Notes: generated by a model not told the origin, from the sequence alone. A stretch of 49,555 bases of DNA from Candidatus Hydrogenedentota bacterium (GCA_046583315.1 JAYGCN010000296.1:1-49555); one strand, 5' to 3'. Counted from the stretch's first letter, positions 36,606 through 47,200 are shown. Translations and numbers: made by a program.

Positions 36606-38063
36606 ATGAGCCCCTCCGAAACAGACCCAATCACACCACCAGAAGAAGACCGCTATGTCGGCCTCAAAGAAGTCATGACCATGGCCTGGCCCATCATGCT
36701 CGGCGCCATGTCGTTCGTGCTGATGGATTTCGTGGACAAGCTCTTCGTGTCCAAACTGGGAGTAGAGCATCTGGCAGCGGTCGGCTCTGCGGGAATTTGG
36801 TCTTACACGCTGAGCATCCTCGTATTGGGTGTTGCGGCCTGTGTCAGCACCTTCGCATCCCAGAGTCTCGGACGCGGCAATAAAGAGGACGTTTCGCGTT
36901 ACACCTGGCAAGGAATCTATATATCGGCAGCAGCGGGATTGCTCGCACTCGGTATATGGCCTGTATCTGGAACACTCTTTCAATGGATGGGTCATGCCGA
37001 CGACGTTACCGCGCTGGAGCTCGAATATTTCAATGTTCGACTCTTTGGATTTATCTTCGTTTCATGGCAAGCCGCGCAGAGTGCCTTCTTTATGTCCATC
37101 GGCAGGCCGAAGATCCCCATGTACGTCGCGCTTGTTGCCAACATCACGAATATCGGCCTGGATTACGTGCTCATTTTTGGTAAATTTGGATTTCCACAAA
37201 TGGGAATTTCGGGCGCGGCACTGGCTACCGTTGTCTCCATCGGTCTACAGGCTGTGTTGCTCCAGATCATTTTCATGAGCGACACCTACAATCGCGACTA
37301 CAATACGCGCTCTACCTGGCAATTCGATCTCACCAAGATTACGGAACTGCTCAAAATCGGATGGCCGGCAGGACTTTCCGGATTTCTCGACGTCGCCAGC
37401 TGGGCCGTGTTCACCAGCATCATCGTCGGGCGGTTCGGTACGGCGCAACTGGCCGCCCATACCGCCGCAATCAACTTCATGCACCTCTCCTTCGTGCCCG
37501 TCATCGCCATCAACCATGCGATTGCGCCCATCGTTGGGCAATGGATCGGAAAATCCGACATCGCCACGGCCAAAGCGCGCGCCTACACGGCCATGCGCGT
37601 CGGCATGGTGCTCATGTTCAGCATTGGCGCGACGATGGCCATTTTCGGGAAGACCTTAATGCGCGTGTTCAGTGACGACCCGGAAGTGATCGCGCTGGGC
37701 CATGTACTTTTGATCTGCGCGGCGACATTCGCACTCTTTGACGCGGTCAACATCGTGCTCTCCGGTGCCTTACGCGGTGCTGGCGATACGCGCTGGATGA
37801 TGATCGCCATGTTCATCGGTTCCTGGTGCGGATCGCTGCCCTTGGCCTATTTATTTGCCGTCGTGCTCGGCATGCAAGCCAAAGGGGCCTGGATAGGTGC
37901 CACCATCTACATCATCCTGCTCAGTGGCGTGTTCCTGCACCGATTCCATGGGGAGAAATGGCGGCACATCAATATCTTCTCCGATTCAGTTGACGATAAA
38001 GAAACATCCGAGGTGGTTGCACCCGCTGATGTCGTGAGTCCCACGGAAACCAACGCGCTGTAG
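36606..38063 (+). CDS. MATE family efflux transporter
   Basis: About 12 TM; AWPI..FVDKLFVSKLG..LAAVG, NIGLDYVLIFGKFGFPQMGISGAALAT, GALRGAGDT. Confidence 0.92.
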   Translation: MSPSETDPITPPEEDRYVGLKEVMTMAWPIMLGAMSFVLMDFVDKLFVSKLGVEHLAAVGSAGIWSYTLSILVLGVAACVSTFASQSLGRGNKEDVSRYTWQGIYISAAAGLLALGIWPVSGTLFQWMGHADDVTALELEYFNVRLFGFIFVSWQAAQSAFFMSIGRPKIPMYVALVANITNIGLDYVLIFGKFGFPQMGISGAALATVVSIGLQAVLLQIIFMSDTYNRDYNTRSTWQFDLTKITELLKIGWPAGLSGFLDVASWAVFTSIIVGRFGTAQLAAHTAAINFMHLSFVPVIAINHAIAPIVGQWIGKSDIATAKARAYTAMRVGMVLMFSIGATMAIFGKTLMRVFSDDPEVIALGHVLLICAATFALFDAVNIVLSGALRGAGDTRWMMIAMFIGSWCGSLPLAYLFAVVLGMQAKGAWIGATIYIILLSGVFLHRFHGEKWRHINIFSDSVDDKETSEVVAPADVVSPTETNAL

Positions 38064-38069
38064 CCTGAA

Positions 38070-39470
38070 TCAAGCAGGTTTTACGCGGGGACCATCGGGG
38101 GTGTCTTCGAGAATCCAGCCTTTTTCGGCGAGTTCATCGCGAATGGCATCGGAGCGAGCGAAATCCTTGGCACGACGCGCATCTTGACGTTCCTGAACGA
38201 GGTCAAGGATTTCCTGTGGCGTGTTTTCGGCGGGTGCATCGCCCAGCACCCCAACCACGGCGTCCAGACGGTCCAGCAGATCCAAGGTGGCCTGTGCGCC
38301 GGATGCACTCACCTCGTCGTTATCGAGATGCTTGTTGGCCGTTCGAATGAGGTCGAAGACCGATGCCAGTGCGCCGGAAATATTCAGGTCATCATCCAGC
38401 GCCGCACCGAAGGCCGTTTCGCAGGTGTTGGTCGCCTCCGCCAAATCAGATCCCGAGTCGCCGCGAACCGTTTTCAGGCGCGCACGGAAGTCGCGAACGC
38501 GTTGCACGGACTGTTTTGCCGCCGTTAGCGAGTCCACGGAAAAATTGGTGGGCTGACGGTACTGCGTGGCGCGTAAGGCCCAGCGAATCGCGATGGGATC
38601 GTGTCCTTCGTCGAGCAGCGTGCGCAAGGTGATCGTATTTCCAAGCGATTTCGAAATCTTCTGTCCGGCGATGTTCATGTGCGCGGCATGCAGCCAGTAG
38701 TTTACGAAGGGTTTACCCGTCGCGGCTTCGGACTGCGCGATTTCGTTTTCGTGATGCGGGAACACCAGATCGATGCCGCCGCAGTGGATGTCGAAACTCT
38801 CGCCGAGGATGCCCATGCTCATGCACGAGCATTCCAGGTGCCAGCCGGGACGGCCTTTCCCGAGAGAGGTCTCCCAGAACACGTCACCGTCCTCTTCGAC
38901 GTAGGCCTTCCACAGCGCGAAATCACGGGGGTCTTCATCGGTATATTCATCGTTGTCCACGCGCCCGCTCGCGCCTTCCTTCAGCGCATCAATGTCGAAA
39001 TGGCTGAGCTTACCGTAGTCTTTGAAGGAGGTAATCTTGAAATAGACGCTGCCGTCGACTGCGTAGGTATGGCCGTTCTTCGTCAATTGCTCAACCAGCT
39101 TGACCATGTCGTCGATGTGATCCGTGGCGCGCGGCGTGTGCTCCGGTATGTCAACGCCCAGGATAGTCAGGTCATCAAAAAACTCCCGGGTGTATCGATT
39201 CGTCAGCGATTTGAGATCCTCGCCCGTTTCGCGGCAGGTGCGGATAATCTTGTCTTCCACATCGGTGATGTTCATCGCGTGATGCACTTCGAAGCCGCGG
39301 TATTTCAGGTGTTTTCGTAGTAAATCCTGAAACATGAAGGTGCGTAAATTGCCGATATGCACGAAGCTATAGACCGTGGGGCCGCAGGCATACATGCCCA
39401 CCTCGCCCGCCTCACGCGGCACAAACTCCTCTTTCTTGCGGCTCAATGTATTGTAAAAACGGATCGCCAT
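38070..39470 (-). CDS. cysS: Cysteine--tRNA ligase
   Basis: [52 protein letters not shown]-like C-terminus. Confidence 0.97.
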   Translation of the reverse strand: MAIRFYNTLSRKKEEFVPREAGEVGMYACGPTVYSFVHIGNLRTFMFQDLLRKHLKYRGFEVHHAMNITDVEDKIIRTCRETGEDLKSLTNRYTREFFDDLTILGVDIPEHTPRATDHIDDMVKLVEQLTKNGHTYAVDGSVYFKITSFKDYGKLSHFDIDALKEGASGRVDNDEYTDEDPRDFALWKAYVEEDGDVFWETSLGKGRPGWHLECSCMSMGILGESFDIHCGGIDLVFPHHENEIAQSEAATGKPFVNYWLHAAHMNIAGQKISKSLGNTITLRTLLDEGHDPIAIRWALRATQYRQPTNFSVDSLTAAKQSVQRVRDFRARLKTVRGDSGSDLAEATNTCETAFGAALDDDLNISGALASVFDLIRTANKHLDNDEVSASGAQATLDLLDRLDAVVGVLGDAPAENTPQEILDLVQERQDARRAKDFARSDAIRDELAEKGWILEDTPDGPRVKPA

Positions 39471-39513
39471 AGCTGTTCCTGCGTCGGTTGTTGCTTAAGG
39501 GATGAAGGCGTAA

Positions 39514-39543
39514 ATTGTACCGTCTCAGACGTTTAGGATTCAA
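39514..39543 (-). promoter_or_regulatory. sigma70-type promoter for cysS
   Basis: Minus strand TTGAAT-N18-TACAAT, 43 nt upstream of the start. Confidence 0.5.
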
Positions 39544-39573
39544 GACAGGAGCACGTGATGGGCGGGCCATTTA

Positions 39574-39603
39574 TTGACCCACTCGGCGTTGGTCTAGTAG
39601 GAT
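39574..39603 (+). promoter_or_regulatory. sigma70-type promoter for ybaN
   Basis: TTGACC-N18-TAGGAT, ending 6 nt before ATG 39610. Confidence 0.45.
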
Positions 39604-39609
39604 CAAGGT

Positions 39610-40077
39610 ATGAGCACGGACGATTCCACACAGGAAGAGATTGAGACGGCGCACGAGTTGCATGCGCAGATGCATGAATATAAATCGGGGTTGTTGAAGG
39701 GTGTTCTGATTGTATGCGGCACGATTTGCGTGGGGCTGGGCATTATAGGCATTGTGTTGCCGGTGGTGCCCACGACACCGTTCTTGTTGCTCGCAGCGAT
39801 ATGTTATTCCCATAGTTCGGAGCGTTTTTACGTGTGGCTTTTGACGAATCGTTTTTTCGGGCAGTACATTCGTGATTGGCGTGAAAAGAAGGGCTTGACC
39901 ATCGCGACGAAGCTCTGGGTGATTGCCATTCTGGTGGGCACGATGGGTCTGAGCGCGTTGTATTTTGTGCCGCTGTTGCCGGTGAAGATAGGTCTCGGTG
40001 TGATTGGCACGGGAATTTCGATTTACATTTGGCGTCTTCCCACCAAGAAGCCTGAAACTTCTCCCGAAACACCGTGA
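39610..40077 (+). CDS. ybaN: YbaN (DUF454) family inner membrane protein
   Basis: LGIIGIVLPVVPTTPFLLLAAICYSHSSERFYVWLL..FGQYIRDW. Confidence 0.9.
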   Translation: MSTDDSTQEEIETAHELHAQMHEYKSGLLKGVLIVCGTICVGLGIIGIVLPVVPTTPFLLLAAICYSHSSERFYVWLLTNRFFGQYIRDWREKKGLTIATKLWVIAILVGTMGLSALYFVPLLPVKIGLGVIGTGISIYIWRLPTKKPETSPETP

Positions 40078-40098
40078 TTCGTCCAGGAATGGTGCAAC

Positions 40099-40137
40099 AA
40101 AAAACTCGCAACCAGAGCGCATGCCCTGATTGCGAGT
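40099..40137 (-). terminator. Rho-independent terminator, possibly bidirectional
   Basis: ACTCGCAA..TTGCGAGT stem with a preceding A-run (U-tail on the minus strand), between convergent genes. Confidence 0.7.
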
Positions 40138-40157
40138 GAATTTCCGATGAATCTAAT

Positions 40158-41402
40158 TTACGCGAGCTTGTGTGCGCCCGGTGCGGGTACAGGTCCAACT
40201 GGGTAGGATGTCTTCCAGCTTAACTCAGGCACGATATTCAGGTCAGCGTTCAGTGCCTCGTCCCAGGTAATCTTGCGGCCGGTGTAGGCAGACATACGGC
40301 CCATAATCGCGGTAAGGGTACTGTAGGCGGTGCGATGGCCTTCGTTCCGGCGTGGTTCGTTGCCCATGATGCTTTGCACCAGGTCGATGTGCTCCTGCAC
40401 GTAGGGATCGCGTCCTTCTTCGCCCATGTCGCGGCAGTTGGATTTGCCTTTGGTTCCGGTGATTTCTTCAAATACGCCGCCTGCGCCCTGCCAGTGACGG
40501 GACATGCTCATGAGGTGCGAGCCATCGGCATATTCATAGTCACAGGAGAAGTGATCGTAGATGTCGCCGAAACGCTCTTCACTTGGTTTCCACGTACGTC
40601 CGCCCGACGCGAATACGCTTGTTGGGTAAGCGTCCTTGGCCCAGTTGATGACATCGAGATTGTGCACGTGCTGTTCGACGATGTTGTCGCCGCAGACCCA
40701 GTTGATACCGTACCAGTTGCGAAGGTGATATTCGAGATCGGTTTTCCATTCCGGTTTGCGTGGGTAAACGAAAGGAAGCGTTCCGCACCAATACGCGCGC
40801 ATGGACGTGATATCACCGATCGCGCCATCGTGAATCTTCTTCATGGTTTCCATGTAGGGTTGCTGGTGACGACGTTGGAGACCGGTTACAAACGAGAGGC
40901 TCTTTTCGTCGGCCAGGTCAGCCGCTTCGATAAAGGTACGGATGCCGGCTGGGTCAACCGCGGCCGGTTTCTCGGTGAAGATGTGTTTGCCCGCTTTGAC
41001 TGCTTCGAGAATGTGTGTCGGGCGGATGTAGGGGGTTGTGCCGTGAATCAGGATGTCGATGTCGGTTTTGATGATTTCTTTGTACGAGTCGATGCCGACG
41101 AAGATGTGATCCGGCTTCACGTCCACTTGTTTGTTCACACCTCGGTTTTTCTCGAAGCGTTTCAGCTTTTCGTCAACGCGATCCTGGAAAATATCCGCCA
41201 TCGCGGTCAGCTGCACGTTGCTGTTGCCCTGCAGCATCTGCTGGAGCGCACCACTACCACGTCCCCCGCAACCGAGCAGTCCAACCTTAAGGGTGTCATT
41301 GTTTGTAGCCGCTTTCGCGCGCTGGTCAGAAGCGAGAATGGCAAAAGTGGAGGCGGCCCCGACCTTGGCGAAATCGCGACGGGTAAAGCTGTTCTCAGAC
41401 AT
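40158..41402 (-). CDS. Tat-exported Gfo/Idh/MocA family oxidoreductase
   Basis: TRRDFAK signal, VGLLGCGGRGSG, HIFTEKP, GLQRRH, RNW..W..GDNIVEQHVHNLDV. Confidence 0.9.
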   Translation of the reverse strand: MSENSFTRRDFAKVGAASTFAILASDQRAKAATNNDTLKVGLLGCGGRGSGALQQMLQGNSNVQLTAMADIFQDRVDEKLKRFEKNRGVNKQVDVKPDHIFVGIDSYKEIIKTDIDILIHGTTPYIRPTHILEAVKAGKHIFTEKPAAVDPAGIRTFIEAADLADEKSLSFVTGLQRRHQQPYMETMKKIHDGAIGDITSMRAYWCGTLPFVYPRKPEWKTDLEYHLRNWYGINWVCGDNIVEQHVHNLDVINWAKDAYPTSVFASGGRTWKPSEERFGDIYDHFSCDYEYADGSHLMSMSRHWQGAGGVFEEITGTKGKSNCRDMGEEGRDPYVQEHIDLVQSIMGNEPRRNEGHRTAYSTLTAIMGRMSAYTGRKITWDEALNADLNIVPELSWKTSYPVGPVPAPGAHKLA

Positions 41403-41597
41403 GGCGTGTTTCCTTCTTGGTTCGAATTGAGTATCAATAAATTGAGAGTTTCAGCATATCACATCGGTGGCCCAGATCCACGCACCTTTTGGCACTGCAA
41501 AATAGGGCTGCAGCGACTGCTTTTCAAGCCGCGAGGAACAAATTTGGACAAGAAACACCCAATTGAGGATACGCAGTATCAGTCGGTTTTCTTTTTG

Positions 41598-41631
41598 CTT
41601 ACTTTTTCTTTTTCCTAAAAGAAAAAGTAAG
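41598..41631. repeat. Perfect 15-bp AT-rich inverted repeat at the end of the flagellar operon
   Basis: CTTACTTTTTCTTTT-TCCT-AAAAGAAAAAGTAAG directly abuts the flhG stop codon. Confidence 0.8.
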
Positions 41632-42495
41632 TTAGGCGCTGCGGTCGAGGCCTATGGTTTGGGCGAAACGGCGCAGGAATCCTGGAGCGCCCCCTTTGGA
41701 CGCGGCCCGCTGCGAGATGAGTCGATCGGCGATGTCTTTAATGGCTTTCGAAGCCGGGGCACTGGGGAAGCGCAGGGAATACGGCACGCTCTGCATGACC
41801 GCCTGGCTCACATGGACGTCTCTGGGAATCATGCCGAGATAGGACATCTTGCGGCCGAGGTACTGTTGCGAGACCGCCGACAATTTTTCATAGACGTATG
41901 TCGCCTGTCTTTTGTTCACGACCATATTCGCGACGAGGCGCACGATGGCGTGTTCGCGACGTTGATAGATCGTTTTCAGCATCGCGTAGGCATCGACGAT
42001 GGACGACGGCTCCGGTGTTGAGACCAGCAACACTTCATCTGCCGCGACTACGAAGGCGACCGCGCTACGTCCGATACCCGCCATCGTGTCGATGATGATA
42101 AAGTCCGAGCGATTCTGGAGATCTTCCAGACCGTGCATAATATTCTGGCGCGCTGTTTCGCTGAGGTCCGCGATTTTCGCCATGCCGCTGCTACCGGGAA
42201 CGACGGCGATGCCGCCCGGGCCTTTCACGAGAATTTCCGCCATGGTTCGCTCACCATCGGCGACGTGTTGCAAATTGTAAATCGAATTGAGTCCGAGCAA
42301 CACTTCGACATTGGCCAGGCCCAGGTCCGCATCCAGTAAGACTACACGATTACCCTTGTCCGCCAGTGCGATGGCGAGGTTTACGCTGGTATTGGTTTTA
42401 CCCACGCCGCCTTTTCCGCTGGTCACGGCGACGATGCGCGCGAGTTCACGATTCTTTTGTACGAACTGTCGAAGATTATTCGCTTGTTCAGCCAC
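41632..42495 (-). CDS. flhG: FlhG/FleN MinD-like ATPase
   Basis: GTG start overlapping the flhF stop; EQANNLR activator helix, SGKGGVGKT, DADLGLAN, TPEPSSIVDAYA. Confidence 0.93.
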   Translation of the reverse strand: MAEQANNLRQFVQKNRELARIVAVTSGKGGVGKTNTSVNLAIALADKGNRVVLLDADLGLANVEVLLGLNSIYNLQHVADGERTMAEILVKGPGGIAVVPGSSGMAKIADLSETARQNIMHGLEDLQNRSDFIIIDTMAGIGRSAVAFVVAADEVLLVSTPEPSSIVDAYAMLKTIYQRREHAIVRLVANMVVNKRQATYVYEKLSAVSQQYLGRKMSYLGMIPRDVHVSQAVMQSVPYSLRFPSAPASKAIKDIADRLISQRAASKGGAPGFLRRFAQTIGLDRSA

Positions 42496-43930
42496 GTTTA
42501 AGTTGTCCTTCCAGCACCATGGAGGCGATCTTGCCGGAATGAGCCAGCATGAGATCATCGGGCACATCCTGCCCAACACTACAATAGCTTAAGGGAATGC
42601 CGGTATCAGCTGCAAGGCAAAATACGGAGCCATAGCGGCAGGTTTCGTCGAGTTTGGTGAAAAATAGGGCCGACGGTTTCATCATGGCATAGCGTGAGAC
42701 CGTTTGTTTCAGGTCTTCCTGGTTCGTGCTGGCACTCAGCACCAGATGTACCTCATCGGGATTGGCCGATTCCAGTAGACCCTGCAAATCCTTCATCTGC
42801 TCCTCGTTGTAGGGGCTGCTGCCAGCCGTGTCGATGAGTACCAGGTCGTGATTACGGAATTCGTGCAGGGCGGACTGCATGCCTTTTGCGTCATGGGCGA
42901 TACGCATATCCAGATCGATGATGGTCGCGTAGGTTTTGAGTTGCTCCGTTGCCGAGACGCGATAAGTGTCTGCGGTAATCACGGCAACGCGCGCGCGTTC
43001 CTGTACGCTGAACAGGGCGGCCAATTTCGCGAGGTTGGTTGTCTTGCCGACGCCGGTTGGGCCTATCAGGGCAACGACGCGGCGTTGTTCGGCATGCAAC
43101 ACCGTGCCGCCGGTCACGGAGATATACTTACGCATTTCCATCTTTAGGCGTTCCAGAAAAACCCGCGGTTCGCGTAAGGCACGTAAATCACCCCGTTTCG
43201 CTGCAATCTGAATCAGACTGGCTGCGCGTTTTCGTGCGACGCCATGGTCCAACAAGGTGCGGTAGACAGGAATGAATTCCTTGGGAAGGTCTGCACCCGG
43301 CATTTCGGTCGTCAACAGATTCAGCATGTCCCGCATTTCAGAGATGTCATTGCGCACTTCATCGTCGCTCAACGTTTTGGGCTCCGAAGGTTTCGCATGT
43401 TCCATCTCAAATGGAATCGGTTCTGCGGGAACCGCATTGTCGCGGCGCGGATAAGCGGGGGTTGCCCGGGAAGTCACAGGAGTCTGCCCGCGATTCTCGT
43501 CCATCGGCATGTCCACGTCACCCGAAGCATACAGATTCAACATCGGATTGGCTGGCGGTGCGTCGTGCAAGCCCATGCGTGCCTGAGCATCGCCGATCAG
43601 TTTTTTGAAATGTTCCATCTGAGCCGAATCGCCGGACAGGGCCGATTCGGTCGGCATGGCTGGCTTTCCGGCGGTCCGGTCTGCAGGTAGCCTCGATTGG
43701 AGATATTTGCGTTCCACCGCGCTCAGGGCCTTCAGGGTTGATGAAGGCGACTCCACAGTTGCCGAGGCGGTGACTTCAACGAGTTGGCGTCCAAACCATC
43801 CGCCCAGAATCCCGCCCTGGGTCACGTTTGACGTTCGGATGACGATGGCTTCGTCACCCAATTTCTCGCGCATGGCCCGGTAGGCCTCGTCCAGCGTGCT
43901 GGCCTGAAATTTGTAGAATTTTTGTTCCAT
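42488..43930 (-). CDS. flhF: Flagellar SRP-family GTPase FlhF
   Basis: N-terminal REKLGDEAIVI..VEVTA; GPTGVGKTT, DTYR, DTAG, TKLDE, GQDVPDDL. Confidence 0.95.
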   Translation of the reverse strand: MEQKFYKFQASTLDEAYRAMREKLGDEAIVIRTSNVTQGGILGGWFGRQLVEVTASATVESPSSTLKALSAVERKYLQSRLPADRTAGKPAMPTESALSGDSAQMEHFKKLIGDAQARMGLHDAPPANPMLNLYASGDVDMPMDENRGQTPVTSRATPAYPRRDNAVPAEPIPFEMEHAKPSEPKTLSDDEVRNDISEMRDMLNLLTTEMPGADLPKEFIPVYRTLLDHGVARKRAASLIQIAAKRGDLRALREPRVFLERLKMEMRKYISVTGGTVLHAEQRRVVALIGPTGVGKTTNLAKLAALFSVQERARVAVITADTYRVSATEQLKTYATIIDLDMRIAHDAKGMQSALHEFRNHDLVLIDTAGSSPYNEEQMKDLQGLLESANPDEVHLVLSASTNQEDLKQTVSRYAMMKPSALFFTKLDETCRYGSVFCLAADTGIPLSYCSVGQDVPDDLMLAHSGKIASMVLEGQLKRG

Positions 43931-43947
43931 GATCGTCTACTCGCGGT

Positions 43948-46044
43948 TTAGGATTCTGTGCCTGCGGGATTGAGTTCGATTTGACCGACGCTTTCCAGTT
44001 GTAACGATGGATCCATCTCGTTATACGAGAGCACAACCAGTTTCGGGATTTGACCTTCCACCATACGACGGAAAAAACGGCGCGCCTGGGCCGTGGTCAG
44101 AACGATGGGTTCGTAACCGATTCCGACGAGTCCCTGTACTGCGGTTATCGTCGCATCGGCGATGGCTTGCGACTGCGCAGGGTCCATGGGTGCGTAGCTA
44201 CTTCCGCCTTCGATATTTTCTGTCGCGTTTATGATGTCCTGTTCGATCTGCGGATCGAGTGTCACGACGCGCAATATCCCTTCCTCATCGCGATAGTCCG
44301 CGCAGATCTGGCGGGCCAGCGCGTGGCGTACGTATTCGGTTAACACCTCAATGTCTTTCGTCCGCGCGCCGTAATCGGCCAGCACTTCGAGGATGGTTTC
44401 CAAGTTTCGAATTGACACGCGTTCACGTAGAAGCGCGTGCAATACCTTTTGCACTTCGCCCAGGGTGAGCACGTTGGGGATAAGCTCGTCGATCACCGTT
44501 TTCGATGTTGATTTCAGGTTTTCGACCAAGGCCTGCGTATCTTCGCGGGTGACCAGCTCGTCCGCATGCGCCATCAATACCTCAGTGAGATGCGTCGCCA
44601 TCACCGCAGACGGTTCCACGATAGTGTAGCCCAGACCCTCGGCTTTATCGCGGTTCGCTTTGGATACCCACATGGCCTGAAGTCCGAAGGCCGGTTCCAA
44701 GGTCGGGATGCCTTTGATTTCTTCTTCGACCAGTCCGGGATTCATCGCCAGGAAGTGGTCGGCCATCAGTTCGTAACGGGCGACTTCGGATTCGCGCAAC
44801 ATCACCCGGTATTCATTCGATTTAAGGCGCATGTTGTCCACAATACGAATCACGGGTACCACGAAACCGCTTTTGGTCGCGATCTGTTGCCGAATAATCT
44901 GGATGCGTGTGAGCTGGTCACCGCCCTGTTTCTGATCGGCCATTGAGATGAGTCCGTAACCCAGCTCTATTTTCATCGGATCCACCGCTAATAATTCTTC
45001 GGTCCGCGGCGGTTCCGCATCAGCCTCTGCAAATTCCTGCGCTTCCGTCTGCGCTTCGACCTGTGCAAGTTCGCGGTGAACAACACTCGATTGATAGCCA
45101 ATCATACCCAACGCGGCGGCCACCAGGAGGAACGGTATGGTCGGCATGCCTGGAACAAATCCGAACAAAGCGAGCATTGCGGCACCGACACCGAGTGCAC
45201 GCGGGTAGCGCGTAAACTGCTCACCAAGATCGGTGCCGAGGTTGTTATCAGAGGTTGTTCGCGTGACAATCATCGCGGCGGATACAGAAATCACCAACGC
45301 GGGAATTTGGTAGACGAGTCCATCGCCTACGGTCAAGCGTGTATAGGTGTCCAGGGCATCCAGCAATGACATACCATTCTGAACGACACCGATGATAAGG
45401 CCAGCAACGATATTTACCAGCGTGATCACGATGCCGGCAATGGCATCGCCCCGCACGAATTTCGTGGCACCATCCATCGCCCCGTAGAAATCGGCTTCCT
45501 TTTCGATGCCCCGTCGTCGTTCGCGGGCCTGATCTTCGTTGATTAAACCGGCATTGAGATCGGCATCGACACCCATCTGTTTACCGGGCATCGCGTCCAG
45601 TGTGAAGCGCGCGGCGACTTCGGATATGCGCCCCGCACCTTTGGTGATCACGACGAATTGAATGATCACAAGGATCGCGAAGATGATAAAGCCGACCAGG
45701 GGATTACCTGCGGTCACGAATCCACCGAAGGCATCGATGACCGAGCCCGCGCTGGCCTGCGACAGGATGAGTCGTGTCGAAGCGACATTAAGACTGAGCC
45801 GGAATAGGGTCAGCATCAACAGCATCGAAGGAAATACGGCGAATTCGACCGGATTACGCAGATAAATCGTGGATAGCAGAATCACGATTGACACGGAAAT
45901 ATTGACCGACAACAGCAAATCCAGCGTCCACGTCGGAATCGGGATCACCAGCACCGTCAAAATGCCGACAATGCACACCGCGAGTATCACGTCCTGATTG
46001 CGCAGGCCGGGTACTTTGGTTATTTGATCCGCCGGGATTGCCAT
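43948..46044 (-). CDS. flhA: Flagellar export gate protein FlhA
   Basis: LFRLSLNVASTRLIL, EVAARFTLDAMPGKQM, FYGAMDGATKFVRGD, ERVSIRNL, LSYNE. Confidence 0.97.
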   Translation of the reverse strand: MAIPADQITKVPGLRNQDVILAVCIVGILTVLVIPIPTWTLDLLLSVNISVSIVILLSTIYLRNPVEFAVFPSMLLMLTLFRLSLNVASTRLILSQASAGSVIDAFGGFVTAGNPLVGFIIFAILVIIQFVVITKGAGRISEVAARFTLDAMPGKQMGVDADLNAGLINEDQARERRRGIEKEADFYGAMDGATKFVRGDAIAGIVITLVNIVAGLIIGVVQNGMSLLDALDTYTRLTVGDGLVYQIPALVISVSAAMIVTRTTSDNNLGTDLGEQFTRYPRALGVGAAMLALFGFVPGMPTIPFLLVAAALGMIGYQSSVVHRELAQVEAQTEAQEFAEADAEPPRTEELLAVDPMKIELGYGLISMADQKQGGDQLTRIQIIRQQIATKSGFVVPVIRIVDNMRLKSNEYRVMLRESEVARYELMADHFLAMNPGLVEEEIKGIPTLEPAFGLQAMWVSKANRDKAEGLGYTIVEPSAVMATHLTEVLMAHADELVTREDTQALVENLKSTSKTVIDELIPNVLTLGEVQKVLHALLRERVSIRNLETILEVLADYGARTKDIEVLTEYVRHALARQICADYRDEEGILRVVTLDPQIEQDIINATENIEGGSSYAPMDPAQSQAIADATITAVQGLVGIGYEPIVLTTAQARRFFRRMVEGQIPKLVVLSYNEMDPSLQLESVGQIELNPAGTES

Positions 46045-46075
46045 GGGTCTCTACTGCGTTCCTTTGTCTATCGGT

Positions 46076-47197
46076 TTAGGTCAGGGCCTGGGACAGTGCG
46101 TTTGCCTGGTAGTCCTTGCGTTCTTCAATCTTTTCTGCACGTCGATCAATTTCATATATATACGCCAATACCTCAGCCACTGCACGAAACAGGTCTTCCG
46201 GTATCGTTTGTCCGATTTCCATCGTGCGATACAACGCGCGTGCCAAGGGCGGACGCTCAACGATCGGCACGTCGTGTTCGATGGCGATTTCTCGAATTCG
46301 GTCGGCCGTTAGCCGCGCCCCTTTGGCAACCACGACCGGTGATTCCATCGTGCCCGGGTCAAAGCGCAGGGCCACCGCGTAGGTCGTCGGGTTCGTCACG
46401 ATCACATCAGCTTCCGGCACTTCTGACATCATTCGATTCAAGGACATCTGGCGTTGAATCGTACGGATGCGCTGTTTGATCAGCGGATTCCCTTCATACT
46501 GTTTAAGCTCTTCCTTCATCTCTTGCTGCGACATGCGTTGATCCTGCCCGAACTGCCACCGCTGAAATCCAAGGTCAAGAAGCCCCAGCAGTAGCATCGC
46601 CAGTCCAATGCGCCACCAGACTGTGAACACGAGATCCCATACCACGAGCGAACCGTCCCACGGATTGCCGTACATCAGCGAGAGCAATTCTTGGGCACGA
46701 CTTTCAATCGTAAATACGGCGATGAAGCCGATGAAGCCCAACTTAAACAGAGATTTTAACAGTTCCACAAACGAACGCATCGAAACAAAACGCTGCAAAC
46801 CTTTAATCGGGTTGAGACGCTCAAGCTTGGGCGTCAGCGCCTGCGCAGAAAACAGAAAACCAAATTGCAAGACGTTAATGGCGATTCCGGCCGCCATAAG
46901 AAGCAACATCATAGGGGCAACGATCATGGCAATCATCGTCAAGGCCTGAATCAGCATTGCCTGGTGGTTGGCCGATTGCCCGACCATGTCGAATGAATCC
47001 GAAATATAATGCTGCATCACGCTGAGAAGTCCGCGAAACGCCCCCGGACCCAGTGCCCAGAGGCCCAATGCCGAAACCAACAGGATGACAGCGGAGTTCA
47101 AATCCTGACTTTTTGGGACGTTACCCTTGTCCCGCTGTTGCTGAATCTTGCGCGCGGTTGCCGGGAGGGTCTTTTCGCCTGGGGGTTGATCGGCCAT
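46076..47197 (-). CDS. flhB: Flagellar export protein FlhB
   Basis: EKT..AT..K..GNVPKSQDL, RLNPIKG, EGNPLIK, VIVTNPTT, P.VVAKG, PPLARALY. Confidence 0.96.
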   Translation of the reverse strand: MADQPPGEKTLPATARKIQQQRDKGNVPKSQDLNSAVILLVSALGLWALGPGAFRGLLSVMQHYISDSFDMVGQSANHQAMLIQALTMIAMIVAPMMLLLMAAGIAINVLQFGFLFSAQALTPKLERLNPIKGLQRFVSMRSFVELLKSLFKLGFIGFIAVFTIESRAQELLSLMYGNPWDGSLVVWDLVFTVWWRIGLAMLLLGLLDLGFQRWQFGQDQRMSQQEMKEELKQYEGNPLIKQRIRTIQRQMSLNRMMSEVPEADVIVTNPTTYAVALRFDPGTMESPVVVAKGARLTADRIREIAIEHDVPIVERPPLARALYRTMEIGQTIPEDLFRAVAEVLAYIYEIDRRAEKIEERKDYQANALSQALT

Positions 47198-47200
47198 CGT

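Noticed and set aside
38620..38670. cysS KISKS instead of KMSKS
   Set aside because: A conservative variant of the class I motif; all other catalytic and Zn ligands are intact.
41432..41444. Exact IHF consensus TATCAATAAATTG upstream of the Tat-Gfo gene
   Set aside because: No accompanying sigma54 box on the correct strand; a lone degenerate match in AT-rich DNA is uninformative.
40335..41618. 427-aa plus-strand ORF
   Set aside because: Antisense shadow of the Tat-Gfo gene; no RBS or domain signature.
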